Positions 19,701-28,409 of a stretch of 57,336 nucleotides of DNA are shown piece by piece (position 1 is the first letter of the stretch; every line of letters starts with the position of its first letter). The DNA is from a virus. Lineage: Duplodnaviria; Caudoviricetes. The DNA is taken from positions 1 through 57,336 of the IMG/VR virus record IMGVR_UViG_3300028790_000006; one strand, given 5' to 3'. A model generated the notes under the pieces. The model was given only the letters and a program-made list of their open reading frames with translations. It ran no database searches and was not told the DNA's origin. The position numbers and the translations under genes are program-made.

Positions 19701-21380
19701 GCCACCGCCCTGTCCGAGGCGTCCGAGCTGCTGGCCAACGGGGCCAGCGAGCGTGCCCTGGGCGCCCGGTCCGGCCAGATCCTGGGACGCGTCTCGGGCC
19801 AGGTCGCTGACGATCTGGCGCCGCTGGCCACGGCCATGCGCGGCGGGGATGCGGCGGCCATCCGGACCGCGCTGGACGACCTGGCCACGCGGCGCGGCCT
19901 GCGGCCCGTCGTGCCCGACGGCGATGCGGTGCCGTTCGACGCCAAGACCATGGAGCTGCTGCCGGGCACCTCGCGCCCGCCCGCCGGCACGCTGGTGCGC
20001 GTCGTGCGACTCGGCTATGAGGTCGACATCAACGGCGAGACGGTGCAGCTCGGGAAGGCCGTCGTCGACCCGCTCAGCGCCGACGAGATCGCCGCCGTGC
20101 AGCGCCGGGCCACGCGGGCCGCGGCGCGGGAGCGCAACCGCCTGATCGAGTCGCGCGCCGCCACCGCGCGCCTGCTGGCCTCGGTCGACGAACTCGTGGC
20201 GAAAGGTGCCAGCCGCTCGGCCATTCGGGAGCGCCTCGACCCGGCCCTGCGCCAGGCCGAGCAGGAGTTCGCCGGCGCGGACGACGCGGTGGCCAAGGCG
20301 CTGCTCGACGCGCTCGAGACCGGCGACACGGCCAAGCTTAAGAGCGCGATCACGCGGTCCGGGACCAGCGTGAAGATCAAGGCGGTCAGCAAGGCCGGGG
20401 CGAAGGCGAAGTTCGACCCCGACACCATGGAGGCCGTCGGCGGCGTCGACATTCCGGCCGGCGCGGCCGTCCAGGTGGTGCGGCGCGGTTCGACCTTGAC
20501 CCTGCCTGACGGCGAGGTCATCACGCTGTCGAAGCCGCAGGTGACGGTCGTTGGGAAGCCGACGGCGCAGGCCGCCCCGGCTGCTCGACTCGCCCCCGGC
20601 GAGTCACTGGCTGAGCGGACGCAGGCGGTCGCACGCCTGCAGTCCCAGACTCCGACCGCCGAACGCCAGCTTGGCGGCGGCCTCGTCGGGGAGGTCGACA
20701 TGCTGACCTATCCCGACGGCATCAGGGCGGTACGAAAGCGCCTCTTCGGTCGCCGGGCCGAGGCGACGGCCGCCCAGCGCCAGTTTGAGATCGACGCCGA
20801 AGTCTTCGGCCCGTCGGTGCTCGACGCCGTGAGCGTGCGCGCGCCGGGCGTCGTCCGCAGCGGTGACGGCGAGATTCTCATGGAGTTCCTGGACGGCGAC
20901 ACCTTCGCTAGCAAGTATCCCGACTTCGGTTACGGCAACCCAGAGCACTGGGACGTGGTGGTGACGGCCAAGTACGCCGATACCGCGGACGGTCGGATGA
21001 TCGGGTTGGCCGACTACCTCATGGGCAACACGGACAGAAACGCGGGGAACTGGATCATCCAGGCGGATGGCTCATATGCCGGTATTGATCACGGTTACGC
21101 GTTCCTTGGTCAGCGCGGCACCGATGTGCCGTCCGGGTTCTTCACCCGCTACCTGCACGATGGCCCGTCGAAGGCCGGCCCCGGTTATGTCCTGCGGTCC
21201 CAGGTCGACTTGAATCCTGCCGACCTCGCGGTGGTGCGCTCGCGCCTGGCCGCCCAGCGCGCCCAGTACGTCGAGGCCGGTCGCAAAACCTGGCACGACG
21301 CGATCATGCGGCGGCTGCGCGAGGTCGAAAAGCGAGCCGATCCCGCCGCGCCCGTTCGCATCGCAGGGCTGGCCAAGTGA
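16713..21380 (+). CDS. Giant MuF-type minor head protein with multiple effector domains
   Basis: MuF motifs KEWIAT.D.RTRPTH..ADGQ and CRC; HEFAH..E metallopeptidase; two PI3K/HipA-like kinase domains; two Rho-N-like and two GrpE-like repeats. Confidence 0.85.
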   Translation: MVQRVQGLRDDQIMAWEARLEAQMVESLQAVMDKIAARIAKIQTASARVLVAVATTGPDGDDDPPPMTAELEIPAPVPQPETIPATPDLPPGQPYISPDDLASIPPLWQQAVADQLLPLAAEVFVDSALKVRAEMIDALPLRSIPALGSLAAEQYLAQAKNTFEQVGDHLWATARAQLSQGFEAGESIPQLADRLRQSAGLSARTGVLVARTQVIEASNSGSIAMARVSGIEMLKEWIATPDLRTRPTHLAADGQRVALSAPFLVGGFTCDFPAAPNLPPSERYSCRCTQGYVIPDREKAPPRADPLTELPGTSAPATIDDLAAEQSARLGEIIDDQHQQLEAVIDDVHERFQRRFLAKPAGPGFDQPAYGDHPPGYVRPSLQAAKTPRQLRKVWQDEVQAVTGYPFFVDAMPRGISMATAREYAEGTLQMFAQFPAAKMDRIHWFDEPTGPYARVRTGGHAIEINMRYAAESARSRFLASRRKDVVAWETRPTAWSVRNDVPAQGVIYHEFAHIIDEENLRRAIHPQLVPLMIRHAQREGVTDIDDLIKRRVSTYATESHHELIAEATTDVMVNGSAASAMSREIFDLMRAEYRRRGYEIRDAAPDLDADLAAEAEAAGNVFPKAPSLASRTVADLRALARERGITVPAGTRKADLVRLLDESPPGPAVSAPAVRSARSITDLANETPIRVTPLEGGVTAKVERLDFAGGDSAVRKDYMGLRSGGAEALRDADHRVSSEVLAADVLRAVGVRAPAVVRLNDHTLLMDFVAGDQGGADGVLKAPAAIVRSAEGRRLGLADAIMGHRDRAGGNWMRAPDGGIVAIDNGGAFGGVGADRAAAGNPFTSFLMGPYEESPWKARIELPSDIDLAEIRRKLLALRPRFDDAGFQRQFKDMLGRLDEVGRRAVRVPPAPRLAPDVDLIPGAPGPASAPVAGPRLATMKVGELRDLARARGIPDAAKLRKADLVKALEASGAGPDLADVARTRQAVIDDRRAVATALSEASELLANGASERALGARSGQILGRVSGQVADDLAPLATAMRGGDAAAIRTALDDLATRRGLRPVVPDGDAVPFDAKTMELLPGTSRPPAGTLVRVVRLGYEVDINGETVQLGKAVVDPLSADEIAAVQRRATRAAARERNRLIESRAATARLLASVDELVAKGASRSAIRERLDPALRQAEQEFAGADDAVAKALLDALETGDTAKLKSAITRSGTSVKIKAVSKAGAKAKFDPDTMEAVGGVDIPAGAAVQVVRRGSTLTLPDGEVITLSKPQVTVVGKPTAQAAPAARLAPGESLAERTQAVARLQSQTPTAERQLGGGLVGEVDMLTYPDGIRAVRKRLFGRRAEATAAQRQFEIDAEVFGPSVLDAVSVRAPGVVRSGDGEILMEFLDGDTFASKYPDFGYGNPEHWDVVVTAKYADTADGRMIGLADYLMGNTDRNAGNWIIQADGSYAGIDHGYAFLGQRGTDVPSGFFTRYLHDGPSKAGPGYVLRSQVDLNPADLAVVRSRLAAQRAQYVEAGRKTWHDAIMRRLREVEKRADPAAPVRIAGLAK

Positions 21381-21607
21381 CGTACCATGCGGTCATGAAG
21401 CGGGACCTGGTCTCAGTGCGGCATCCGCGCACCGCGCTCGGCGCGGTGGTCAGCGACGCCCGGGGCAGGCGCTTTGAGGGCCAGGCGGCCAACGTGCTGC
21501 GCGGCCCGATCAACGAGTTCGGCGAGGCAGCGGTGATCGCCGATGTCATGGAGCACGGCTGGGCCAACGCGGCGGGGCTCTACTTCGCCGAGCCGGTGCC
21601 ATCGTGA
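21377..21607 (+). CDS. Hypothetical protein (possible immunity or partner of the MuF effectors)
   Basis: Overlaps the MuF stop; alternative leaderless ATG at 21395 after TACCAT. Confidence 0.6.
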   Translation: MTYHAVMKRDLVSVRHPRTALGAVVSDARGRRFEGQAANVLRGPINEFGEAAVIADVMEHGWANAAGLYFAEPVPS

Positions 21608-21858
21608 CCGGCCCGCTGCCACACATCGGCCTCGGTACTGGTTTCGCCCGGTCGCTGTATCCCGACGGCAACACCCTCGACGAGGCCGCGGCCAGCGCGA
21701 CCGCCGCGTTCCAGATGCTGGCCAACATGCTCATGGGCCCGCCCGGTCGCCCCAGCGCCCGCGTGCCCGACGTCGAGCCTGAGGTCATCGACGAGCGCGG
21801 CCCGATCCGCGTGCGGGCCGCGGTCGGCCGACCCGTCCTCGAGATCGAGCAGGCATGA
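21604..21858 (+). CDS. Hypothetical protein
   Basis: GTGA and ATGA overlaps with neighbours. Confidence 0.6.
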   Translation: MTGPLPHIGLGTGFARSLYPDGNTLDEAAASATAAFQMLANMLMGPPGRPSARVPDVEPEVIDERGPIRVRAAVGRPVLEIEQA

Positions 21859-22823
21859 GCGCCCGCGCGCAGGCTCAGTGCGCCCCGTCGTGCGCCCGCT
21901 ACCGGTCACCGTTCAGCGAGGAGAACCTGACCGGGCTGACGCGCCCGTTCTGCGCCGCCTTCCCCGACGGCATCCCGGCGGCCATCTGGGACAACCAGGC
22001 TGACCACCGCGAGCCCTACGAGGGCGACCACGGTCTGCGGTGGGAGAGCCTCGACGGGCAGGCCTTCCCCACCTACGCGTTCGGCCCTGGCATACTCGAC
22101 CGCGTGACGGATCAAGCGGTGACGGCGGCGGCCGACGTGCTCGACGGCGCGATGATCGCGCTGGTTCCCAGCGCTCCAGATCTCGAGCGTCTCGCGATAT
22201 CCGGGGGCGAGACGCTCGACCAGCTCCACCTGACCGTGCTCTTTCTGGGCGACGCCGCCGCTATCGACGAGCCGACCCGCCAGGCCCTGCGCGACTGGGC
22301 GGCCGAGGTGGTCGGCCCGTGGGACAGCGTGGCTGGCGACGCGTTCGCCCCGGCCGTGTTCAACCCGGCCGGCGATGAGCCGTGCGTGGTCATGATCGTG
22401 GGCGGGGCTGAGGTGGCCGAGTTCCATGAGACCGCCCTCGCTGACGTGAGCGAGTTTTTCGCGCTGCCCGACCAGCACCAGCCCTACATCCCGCACGTCA
22501 CCCTGGCCTACGTGACGCCGGACGGGGCGCCCGGCGTCGGTGCGATCGACATTGACGAGCTCGGCCGCACTGGCCCCATCACCTTCGACCGCCTGCGTCT
22601 CGCCTTCGGGGGCGAGGTGTTCGACGTGCCGTTCGCTGAGCCCGGCGGCGCGTCGGATGAGCTGGCCACGGTTGCTGAGACGCAGGACGAGCCGTCGGAC
22701 GTCCGGCTTGAGCCAGCGCCGGCGACCGTGGCCAGCGCCAACCCGGACCGCGAACTCTTCGACGGGTGCCTGCGATGCTTCCGCCTCGCGCATCATGGAG
22801 AGTGCGCCCGGTCGGCGCTATGA
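21855..22823 (+). CDS. 2H phosphoesterase (2'-5' RNA ligase-like) with an N-terminal Cys domain
   Basis: Paired HxT motifs LHLTVLFLG and PHVTLAY; N-terminal C..C..CAAFPDGIP..DH..P..GDHG. Confidence 0.85.
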   Translation: MSARAQAQCAPSCARYRSPFSEENLTGLTRPFCAAFPDGIPAAIWDNQADHREPYEGDHGLRWESLDGQAFPTYAFGPGILDRVTDQAVTAAADVLDGAMIALVPSAPDLERLAISGGETLDQLHLTVLFLGDAAAIDEPTRQALRDWAAEVVGPWDSVAGDAFAPAVFNPAGDEPCVVMIVGGAEVAEFHETALADVSEFFALPDQHQPYIPHVTLAYVTPDGAPGVGAIDIDELGRTGPITFDRLRLAFGGEVFDVPFAEPGGASDELATVAETQDEPSDVRLEPAPATVASANPDRELFDGCLRCFRLAHHGECARSAL

Positions 22824-22841
22824 TCACGGCACCGACCGGGG

Positions 22842-24530
22842 GTGACCATGCAGCCAGACTTTCCGCCTGAGGATGACCCCCAGGTTCTACAGTCCGAGTT
22901 CGACGTGCCTGATGTCGACGGCCTCGCCGACGACGCGCTCAACGGTGACAGCGTCGAACTGTTTGACGTAACAACGATGCTGCCGGGCACGCCCTGCTAC
23001 GGGGTGGCCTGCGTCGAGGGCATCCCGGACGGCTCGACCCCGCAGCGCATGTGGGCGCCGGGCTCGCTGGTCTTCGCGCCGACCCCGTTCCCGCTCAAGT
23101 TCCAGCCGGCCGAAGATGACGGTCACAGCGGCTCGATGGTGTCCGGACGCGTCGACGCCATGTGGCGCGACGGCGCGCTGATCCGCTGGATCGGCGTCAT
23201 GGACTCGGCCGGCGTGGTCGGCCGCGAACATGAGCGGCTCATCGGCGGCAAGTTCATGACCGGCGTCTCGATCAAGGCCGACGACCTGGACGAAGCGGAC
23301 GTTGAGTACATCTACCCGGCCGGCCCGGACCCGTCCGACGAGGTCGAGGTGGACGGCGAGGTTGTCGAAGACGTCGAGGGTGAGGCCGATTTCCACTACC
23401 CCGGCCGGCACAACCAGGCCACTCACGGGCACGGCGCCAACGGCAAGGGCAAGGCCAGCAACCGCCAAAAGGCGGCGGCGGCCAAGCGCATCAAGGCCCG
23501 GGGTGACAAGTTCCTGAGCGGTGAGCGCTCGGTCGACGGCGCCGTAGTGGCCGACGGCGCCGAGATGATGGACATGCCGCGCCCCAGCATGATCATTTAC
23601 CACCACGGGCGGGTGCGAAGCCTGACCGGGGTGGCCGAGGCCGCGTTCATCGAGTGCACCGTTTCGCTGGGTGAGTCGCCGTTCAGTCCGCCGATGGTGC
23701 CCGAGGCATCCCCGCTGGCCGAGCTTGAGGCCCTGGCCATCGAGGCCGAGACGCCGGTGCCCGTGGCCGTTCCGCTGGTGGCGGCGGGCTACACCATCAC
23801 CATCCCGCAGCTGTGGCCCGAGTCGTGGTTCTCCGAGCCGAGCCCTGCCGAGATGGCCATGGTCGCCGGCGGCGCCATCCACATCACGCCCGAAGGCCGG
23901 GTCTGGGGCCTGCTGGCGCCGGACGGCGTCAACCACCGGGCCTACCGGGCCGGCCCGCGGGCACAGTACGCGCCGCGCGGCATCGACTACTCGGAGTGGC
24001 AAAACAAGGCCTGCATCGTGGCCGGCGCCGACGGCAACGCCTACAAAATCAACGCCGGCACGGTCACGTTCGGGTGCGGCCACGCCAGCCCGGTCGATCC
24101 GCGCCGGGCCAACCCAGCCTGGGCGGCCGAGCACTACGAGAACAGCTGCTCGGTGGCCATGCGCGCCCGGGTCGGCGAGAACCGGTTCGGCACCTGGTTC
24201 GCTGGCGGCCTCAACCACGGCCTGACCGCGTCGTCCCTTGAGGAGATCATGGGCTGCGCGCTGTCGGGTGACTGGCAGGGCGGCAAGCTCAAGGGCGCCC
24301 TGCTGGTGCCGGTGGAAGGCTTTCCGGTCGCGGTCACCGCGTCGGTGCGCGAAAAGATGGGCACGCTCGTCGCGTCGTCCGTCCCGATCCGCTTCGACGC
24401 CCCGCCGCCGCCGCCGAGTTACGACTGGGTCTTCGACCTGGTGGCCAGCGCCACCGGCCGCGGGCCGGCCGCCATCTTCGACGAGCTGGCGGCCGAGCGC
24501 TTCGACGAGCTCGCACGGGAACGGGGGTGA
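22842..24530 (+). CDS. Capsid maturation protease
   Basis: Position before the capsid gene; DGH..S...GRVD, GVSIKADD, ALSGDW motifs. Confidence 0.7.
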   Translation: MTMQPDFPPEDDPQVLQSEFDVPDVDGLADDALNGDSVELFDVTTMLPGTPCYGVACVEGIPDGSTPQRMWAPGSLVFAPTPFPLKFQPAEDDGHSGSMVSGRVDAMWRDGALIRWIGVMDSAGVVGREHERLIGGKFMTGVSIKADDLDEADVEYIYPAGPDPSDEVEVDGEVVEDVEGEADFHYPGRHNQATHGHGANGKGKASNRQKAAAAKRIKARGDKFLSGERSVDGAVVADGAEMMDMPRPSMIIYHHGRVRSLTGVAEAAFIECTVSLGESPFSPPMVPEASPLAELEALAIEAETPVPVAVPLVAAGYTITIPQLWPESWFSEPSPAEMAMVAGGAIHITPEGRVWGLLAPDGVNHRAYRAGPRAQYAPRGIDYSEWQNKACIVAGADGNAYKINAGTVTFGCGHASPVDPRRANPAWAAEHYENSCSVAMRARVGENRFGTWFAGGLNHGLTASSLEEIMGCALSGDWQGGKLKGALLVPVEGFPVAVTASVREKMGTLVASSVPIRFDAPPPPPSYDWVFDLVASATGRGPAAIFDELAAERFDELARERG

Positions 24531-24535
24531 TTCAG

Positions 24536-24631
24536 ATGGCATGTGGATGCGGCCAGGTACCCGTCGGTACTCCCCCTCCGCCCGCGCCGCCCACCACGGG
24601 TATCGAGGGCGAGACCGGCGCGGCACAGTAA
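24536..24631 (+). CDS. Small MACGC-type peptide (31 aa)
   Basis: GGGGGTG RBS; MACGCGQVPVGTPPPPAPPTTGIEGETGAAQ. Confidence 0.55.
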   Translation: MACGCGQVPVGTPPPPAPPTTGIEGETGAAQ

Positions 24632-24764
24632 GTAGTCAGCACACCTGATGGCGCATTTCGATCACGACCGTCTACCATGACCAGCAACGCGAACTCCGGG
24701 TGCAGCTGGAGAGACCGAACACGATCAGCGCAATGATCCTGTCGTTTCTCACACGGGGGCATCC

Positions 24765-26633
24765 ATGCCGAAGAACCCAGCCGCGGGCACCGGCAATGAC
24801 GGTGCCTCCTACAGCCTGCCCGAGCTGGACGGCCTGACCGCCGACCAGCTCGGCGAACACCTCGCCGACGTCAACGGGCGCCTTGACACCATCCTGGCCA
24901 AGCGCGACCCGGCCGACCTGCCGACTCTGGGCGAGCTGCGCACCGCGCGGCAGACCATCATGGCCCAGCAGGGCAAGGTCGCCGCCGCGCAGGCCGAGAT
25001 CGACGCCCAGTTCGACGAGATCGCCGCCGAGATGGCCGAGCCGGCCGCCGACGCTGACGCCGAGGTCGTCGAGGGCGAACTGATCGACGCCAACGGCACC
25101 GCGCAGGCCCCGGCCGCCGCGCCCGCCGCTGCCGCTCCGGCCACCCCGCAGCTCGTCACCGCTTCGGGCCGGCCCGCTGGCGGCGCCGTTACCGCGTCCC
25201 GCGAGACCGGCGGCCTGTCCGGCGGCGCGAACCGCCTCAACCCGAGCCTGTCCGGCGCCCGCGCCGCGGCCCCGGCCGTTGAGGCGCCGAGCCTCGACGA
25301 ACTGGTCATGACCGCATCGGCCCACTCGGGGGCGGCCAAGCTCAACATGGGCGACCGCATCGGCGGCATCCGCCAGCTCGGCGACCTCGTCGAGGACCGG
25401 GCACGCGGGATGGCCGACGCGCAGGGCTTCCGCCAGGCGGCCCCGGGCAACACGGCCTTCCAGCACCAGGCCCGCCGCCATGACGCCCCGTACGGCGGCA
25501 CCATGGTGGCCTCGATCCAGAACAAATTCGACACCGTGCTGCACGACAAGTCGAGCACCGAGGCCGTGCAGGCCTACGTCGACAAGCTGTCCGCCCAGCG
25601 CTCCGGCTCGGCCTTCGAGTCGCTGGTGGCGGCCGGCGGCTGGTGTGCCCCGAGCCAGATCCGGTACGACTTCTTCAACATCGCCGGCCAGTCCGGGATG
25701 ATCGACCTGCCGACGTTCGGCGTCGAGCGGGGCGGCATCCAGTACCCGATCTCGCCGAGCCTGGCCGACACGTTCAGCCCGGCCCTGCCCTGGTACACCG
25801 CGTTCAGCAACGCCACCGTGCCGTGGCTCTGGACCGAGGGCGACGACATCCTGGCCGTGACCGGCTCCCCGACGAAGCCGTGCATCCGGGTGCCATGTTC
25901 GACCATGGATAACCGTCGGCTGGAGTGCTACGGCATCTGCCTGACCGCCGGCAACCTGGCCGACAACGCGTGGCCGGAGTCGACCGCCAACTTCATCAAG
26001 CTCCTGATGTCGGCGCACTACCACGCCAGCAACGCGCGCTACATCTCGACGATCGCCGGGATGGCCGTCGCAAACGCCGGCTGCACCGCCACCGGTTCGG
26101 GTGCGGCGGCGCCGCTGCTGTCCACCGCCGAGCTCTCCGCGATCGACTACCGGGCCAAGTACGGCATGGCCCGCACCGATGTCATCGAGTGGGTTCTGCC
26201 CGAGTGGGCGCTGGGCCTGGTCCGAGCCGACCTGGCCAAGCGCACCGGCGTGGGCGACTTCATGAGAATCCCGGACTCCGAGATCGCGGCCTGGTTCGAC
26301 GTGCGCGGCATCCGCGCCCAGTTCGTCCAGGACTACCAGGTGCGCGCGGCCGGCCAGCCGGGTGCGAGCACGACGGGCGGCATCACCCAGTACCCGAGCA
26401 CGCTCAAGGGCCTGATGTACGCGGCCGGCACGGTGGCCCGCGGCAACGGCATGAACCTGGACCTGGGCGTGGTCCGCGACTCCACCCTGAACGCGCGGAA
26501 CGACTTCACCGCGCTCTGGATGGAGGAGTGCCACCTCATCGCCAAGTTCGGCCACGAGGTGCGCGAATACACCGTCAACGTCTGCCCCGACGGCACCACC
26601 GGCGCGGCCGACCTGACCAGCTGCTGCCCGTAA
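24765..26633 (+). CDS. Major capsid protein with N-terminal scaffold
   Basis: Coiled-coil N-terminus; LVAAGGWCAPSQIRYD, KPCIRVPC, RDSTLNARND. Confidence 0.9.
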   Translation: MPKNPAAGTGNDGASYSLPELDGLTADQLGEHLADVNGRLDTILAKRDPADLPTLGELRTARQTIMAQQGKVAAAQAEIDAQFDEIAAEMAEPAADADAEVVEGELIDANGTAQAPAAAPAAAAPATPQLVTASGRPAGGAVTASRETGGLSGGANRLNPSLSGARAAAPAVEAPSLDELVMTASAHSGAAKLNMGDRIGGIRQLGDLVEDRARGMADAQGFRQAAPGNTAFQHQARRHDAPYGGTMVASIQNKFDTVLHDKSSTEAVQAYVDKLSAQRSGSAFESLVAAGGWCAPSQIRYDFFNIAGQSGMIDLPTFGVERGGIQYPISPSLADTFSPALPWYTAFSNATVPWLWTEGDDILAVTGSPTKPCIRVPCSTMDNRRLECYGICLTAGNLADNAWPESTANFIKLLMSAHYHASNARYISTIAGMAVANAGCTATGSGAAAPLLSTAELSAIDYRAKYGMARTDVIEWVLPEWALGLVRADLAKRTGVGDFMRIPDSEIAAWFDVRGIRAQFVQDYQVRAAGQPGASTTGGITQYPSTLKGLMYAAGTVARGNGMNLDLGVVRDSTLNARNDFTALWMEECHLIAKFGHEVREYTVNVCPDGTTGAADLTSCCP

Positions 26634-26704
26634 GGGCAGGGCGGCGCGAGTCCGCCGATAGAAAGTCGCAGTCACGTGAAGCGAACGAAAGGGGGTGGGA
26701 CGAC

Positions 26705-27640
26705 ATGGCCGGTCCACGCATGCTGATTCCGCCCCCCTCGTTTGACCCGCGCAACTTCGGGCTGCTGTCGGTGGTGCAGGCCCGCTACGACGAGCCGGAC
26801 GCGCACTGGCGCAACGGCGGCACGTGGCAGGACATCTGCGGGCTGGGCGGCTCAACGTTCGACCCGAACTGTCTGACCGCCACTTCCATTCCGGTGTCGG
26901 GCGCTCCGGCTCCGGCCAAGGTCGACAACATCGACTGGAACACGTACGGCGCGACCCCGTTCACGGTCGTGGCCGAGGTCGACTGCTCGCCGGTGGGCTA
27001 CAGCCAGGAAGAGCAGCGGGCCCGCGCCGTTGACGCCCTGACGCGCACCGAGGCCTACCAGGTTGAGTACGCGTTCTGGACCGGCACGGCCGGTGGGGTG
27101 ACCAACCGCGTCTATCCGCACCTGGCCGCGACCGAAGCCGTCTACGACGGCGGGCTCTACCCGATCGTCCAGATGCAGTGCGCGGCGCTGCAGGTCACCG
27201 GTACGACCATACTCGACATCATCGAAGGTCTCGGCCGCATCGAGGCCGCCCTGGCCGCCTGCTACCAGGGCAAGGGCGTCATTCACGTGCCCGTGCTGCT
27301 GGCGACGCAGATGTTCCAGTGGAACCTCGTCAAGGCCGACGGTGCGCAGCTGCGCACCCAGTCCGGCAACCTGGTGGCCATCGGCGGCGGCTATCCCGGC
27401 ACCGGACCGACCGGGGCGGCCATCTCCAACGCCCTGTGGATCTACGCCACCGGCCCGATCTTCGCCTACCGGTCAGCGGCCGAGACGTTCAAGTTCTCGG
27501 AGATGCTCGACCGCACCACCAACACGCTCAAGACCATCGTCGAGCGCACCTACCTGCTGGGCTACAGCTGCTGCTGTCTCCCCGCGGTCCCGATCAGTGT
27601 CGGCGGCGACGTCACCGGCCAGCCCCTCTCGGCGTTCTAG
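26705..27640 (+). CDS. Minor capsid/head structural protein
   Basis: ATG 26705 after a GGGGGTGG RBS; follows the capsid gene. Confidence 0.75.
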   Translation: MAGPRMLIPPPSFDPRNFGLLSVVQARYDEPDAHWRNGGTWQDICGLGGSTFDPNCLTATSIPVSGAPAPAKVDNIDWNTYGATPFTVVAEVDCSPVGYSQEEQRARAVDALTRTEAYQVEYAFWTGTAGGVTNRVYPHLAATEAVYDGGLYPIVQMQCAALQVTGTTILDIIEGLGRIEAALAACYQGKGVIHVPVLLATQMFQWNLVKADGAQLRTQSGNLVAIGGGYPGTGPTGAAISNALWIYATGPIFAYRSAAETFKFSEMLDRTTNTLKTIVERTYLLGYSCCCLPAVPISVGGDVTGQPLSAF

Positions 27641-27649
27641 GAGTAGCCA

Positions 27650-28312
27650 GTGGCAACCGCCCTTGTCTGCGCCAGCCCCATCGAGGGACTGGTCATGCGG
27701 ATCACGAAGCTCAACGCCTGCGGCGTGGTCGTCACCGGCGCCACCGCAGCACAGTTGATCCTGGACGGCTTCACCGAGGTCACCCCATCGCCGCAGTACG
27801 ACACCGGCGACCGGGTCATCACGCGCAAGGCCAACGGCACGATCTGCCAGAACTACAAGCAGCCCGACCAGTACACCAACGACGAACTGACGATGAACTT
27901 CTGCGTCTGGAACCCGGCGTTGATCCCGCTCGCCATCGCGGGCCGGCTGCTCACCTCGACGCAGTCTCCGACCGGCACCGGCTTCGCCCGGGGTACCTGG
28001 TCGAATGCTGCGATCCTGGCCGCGCACTGGTCGCTGGAGATCTGGCAGGCCCCGCCGCAGTCGTGCGACGCGTCCGGCACGGTGCTCTACCCGTACCACG
28101 CATGGCCGCACATCGCGAACGGCAAGATCGGCGACTTCAACATCAACCTGGACGCCAACATTCTGCAGATCATGGGCGACACGATGGACGCGTCGCCGCT
28201 GTGGACGCTGGGCGACTCCTACCTGGGCACCGGCCAGGTCGTGCAGGGCGACCACCACCTGTACAACCTGTCCTCGACCGCACCGCCCACGGCGGCCTGC
28301 TACCTGTACTAA
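27650..28312 (+). CDS. Major tail protein
   Basis: MRITKLNACG, RKANGTIC; AGGAG RBS; downstream hairpin. Confidence 0.8.
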   Translation: MATALVCASPIEGLVMRITKLNACGVVVTGATAAQLILDGFTEVTPSPQYDTGDRVITRKANGTICQNYKQPDQYTNDELTMNFCVWNPALIPLAIAGRLLTSTQSPTGTGFARGTWSNAAILAAHWSLEIWQAPPQSCDASGTVLYPYHAWPHIANGKIGDFNINLDANILQIMGDTMDASPLWTLGDSYLGTGQVVQGDHHLYNLSSTAPPTAACYLY

Positions 28313-28342
28313 GATCGGCTCGCAAGGAACCGCGCAGGGACA

Positions 28343-28379
28343 ATCAGGGCAGGCTGGCCACGGGGCGGCCTGCCCTGAT
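28343..28379 (+). terminator. Stem-loop after the major tail gene
   Basis: ATCAGGGCAGGCTG..CGGCCTGCCCTGAT. Confidence 0.6.
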
Positions 28380-28409
28380 CCGCACCAGGGGGAAGGCTGA
28401 GGTGCTGCG

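Noticed and set aside
25925-26704. N-terminal extension of the 571-aa ORF overlapping the capsid gene (possible capsid frameshift fusion)
   Set aside because: Arg-rich off-frame sequence with no slippery site seen; ATG 26705 has its own RBS.
22887-26855. Long antisense ORFs (579 aa, 727 aa; similarly 3967..5472 and 11589..12890)
   Set aside because: Shadow ORFs typical of high-GC coding strands; no motifs, and they lie opposite well-supported genes.
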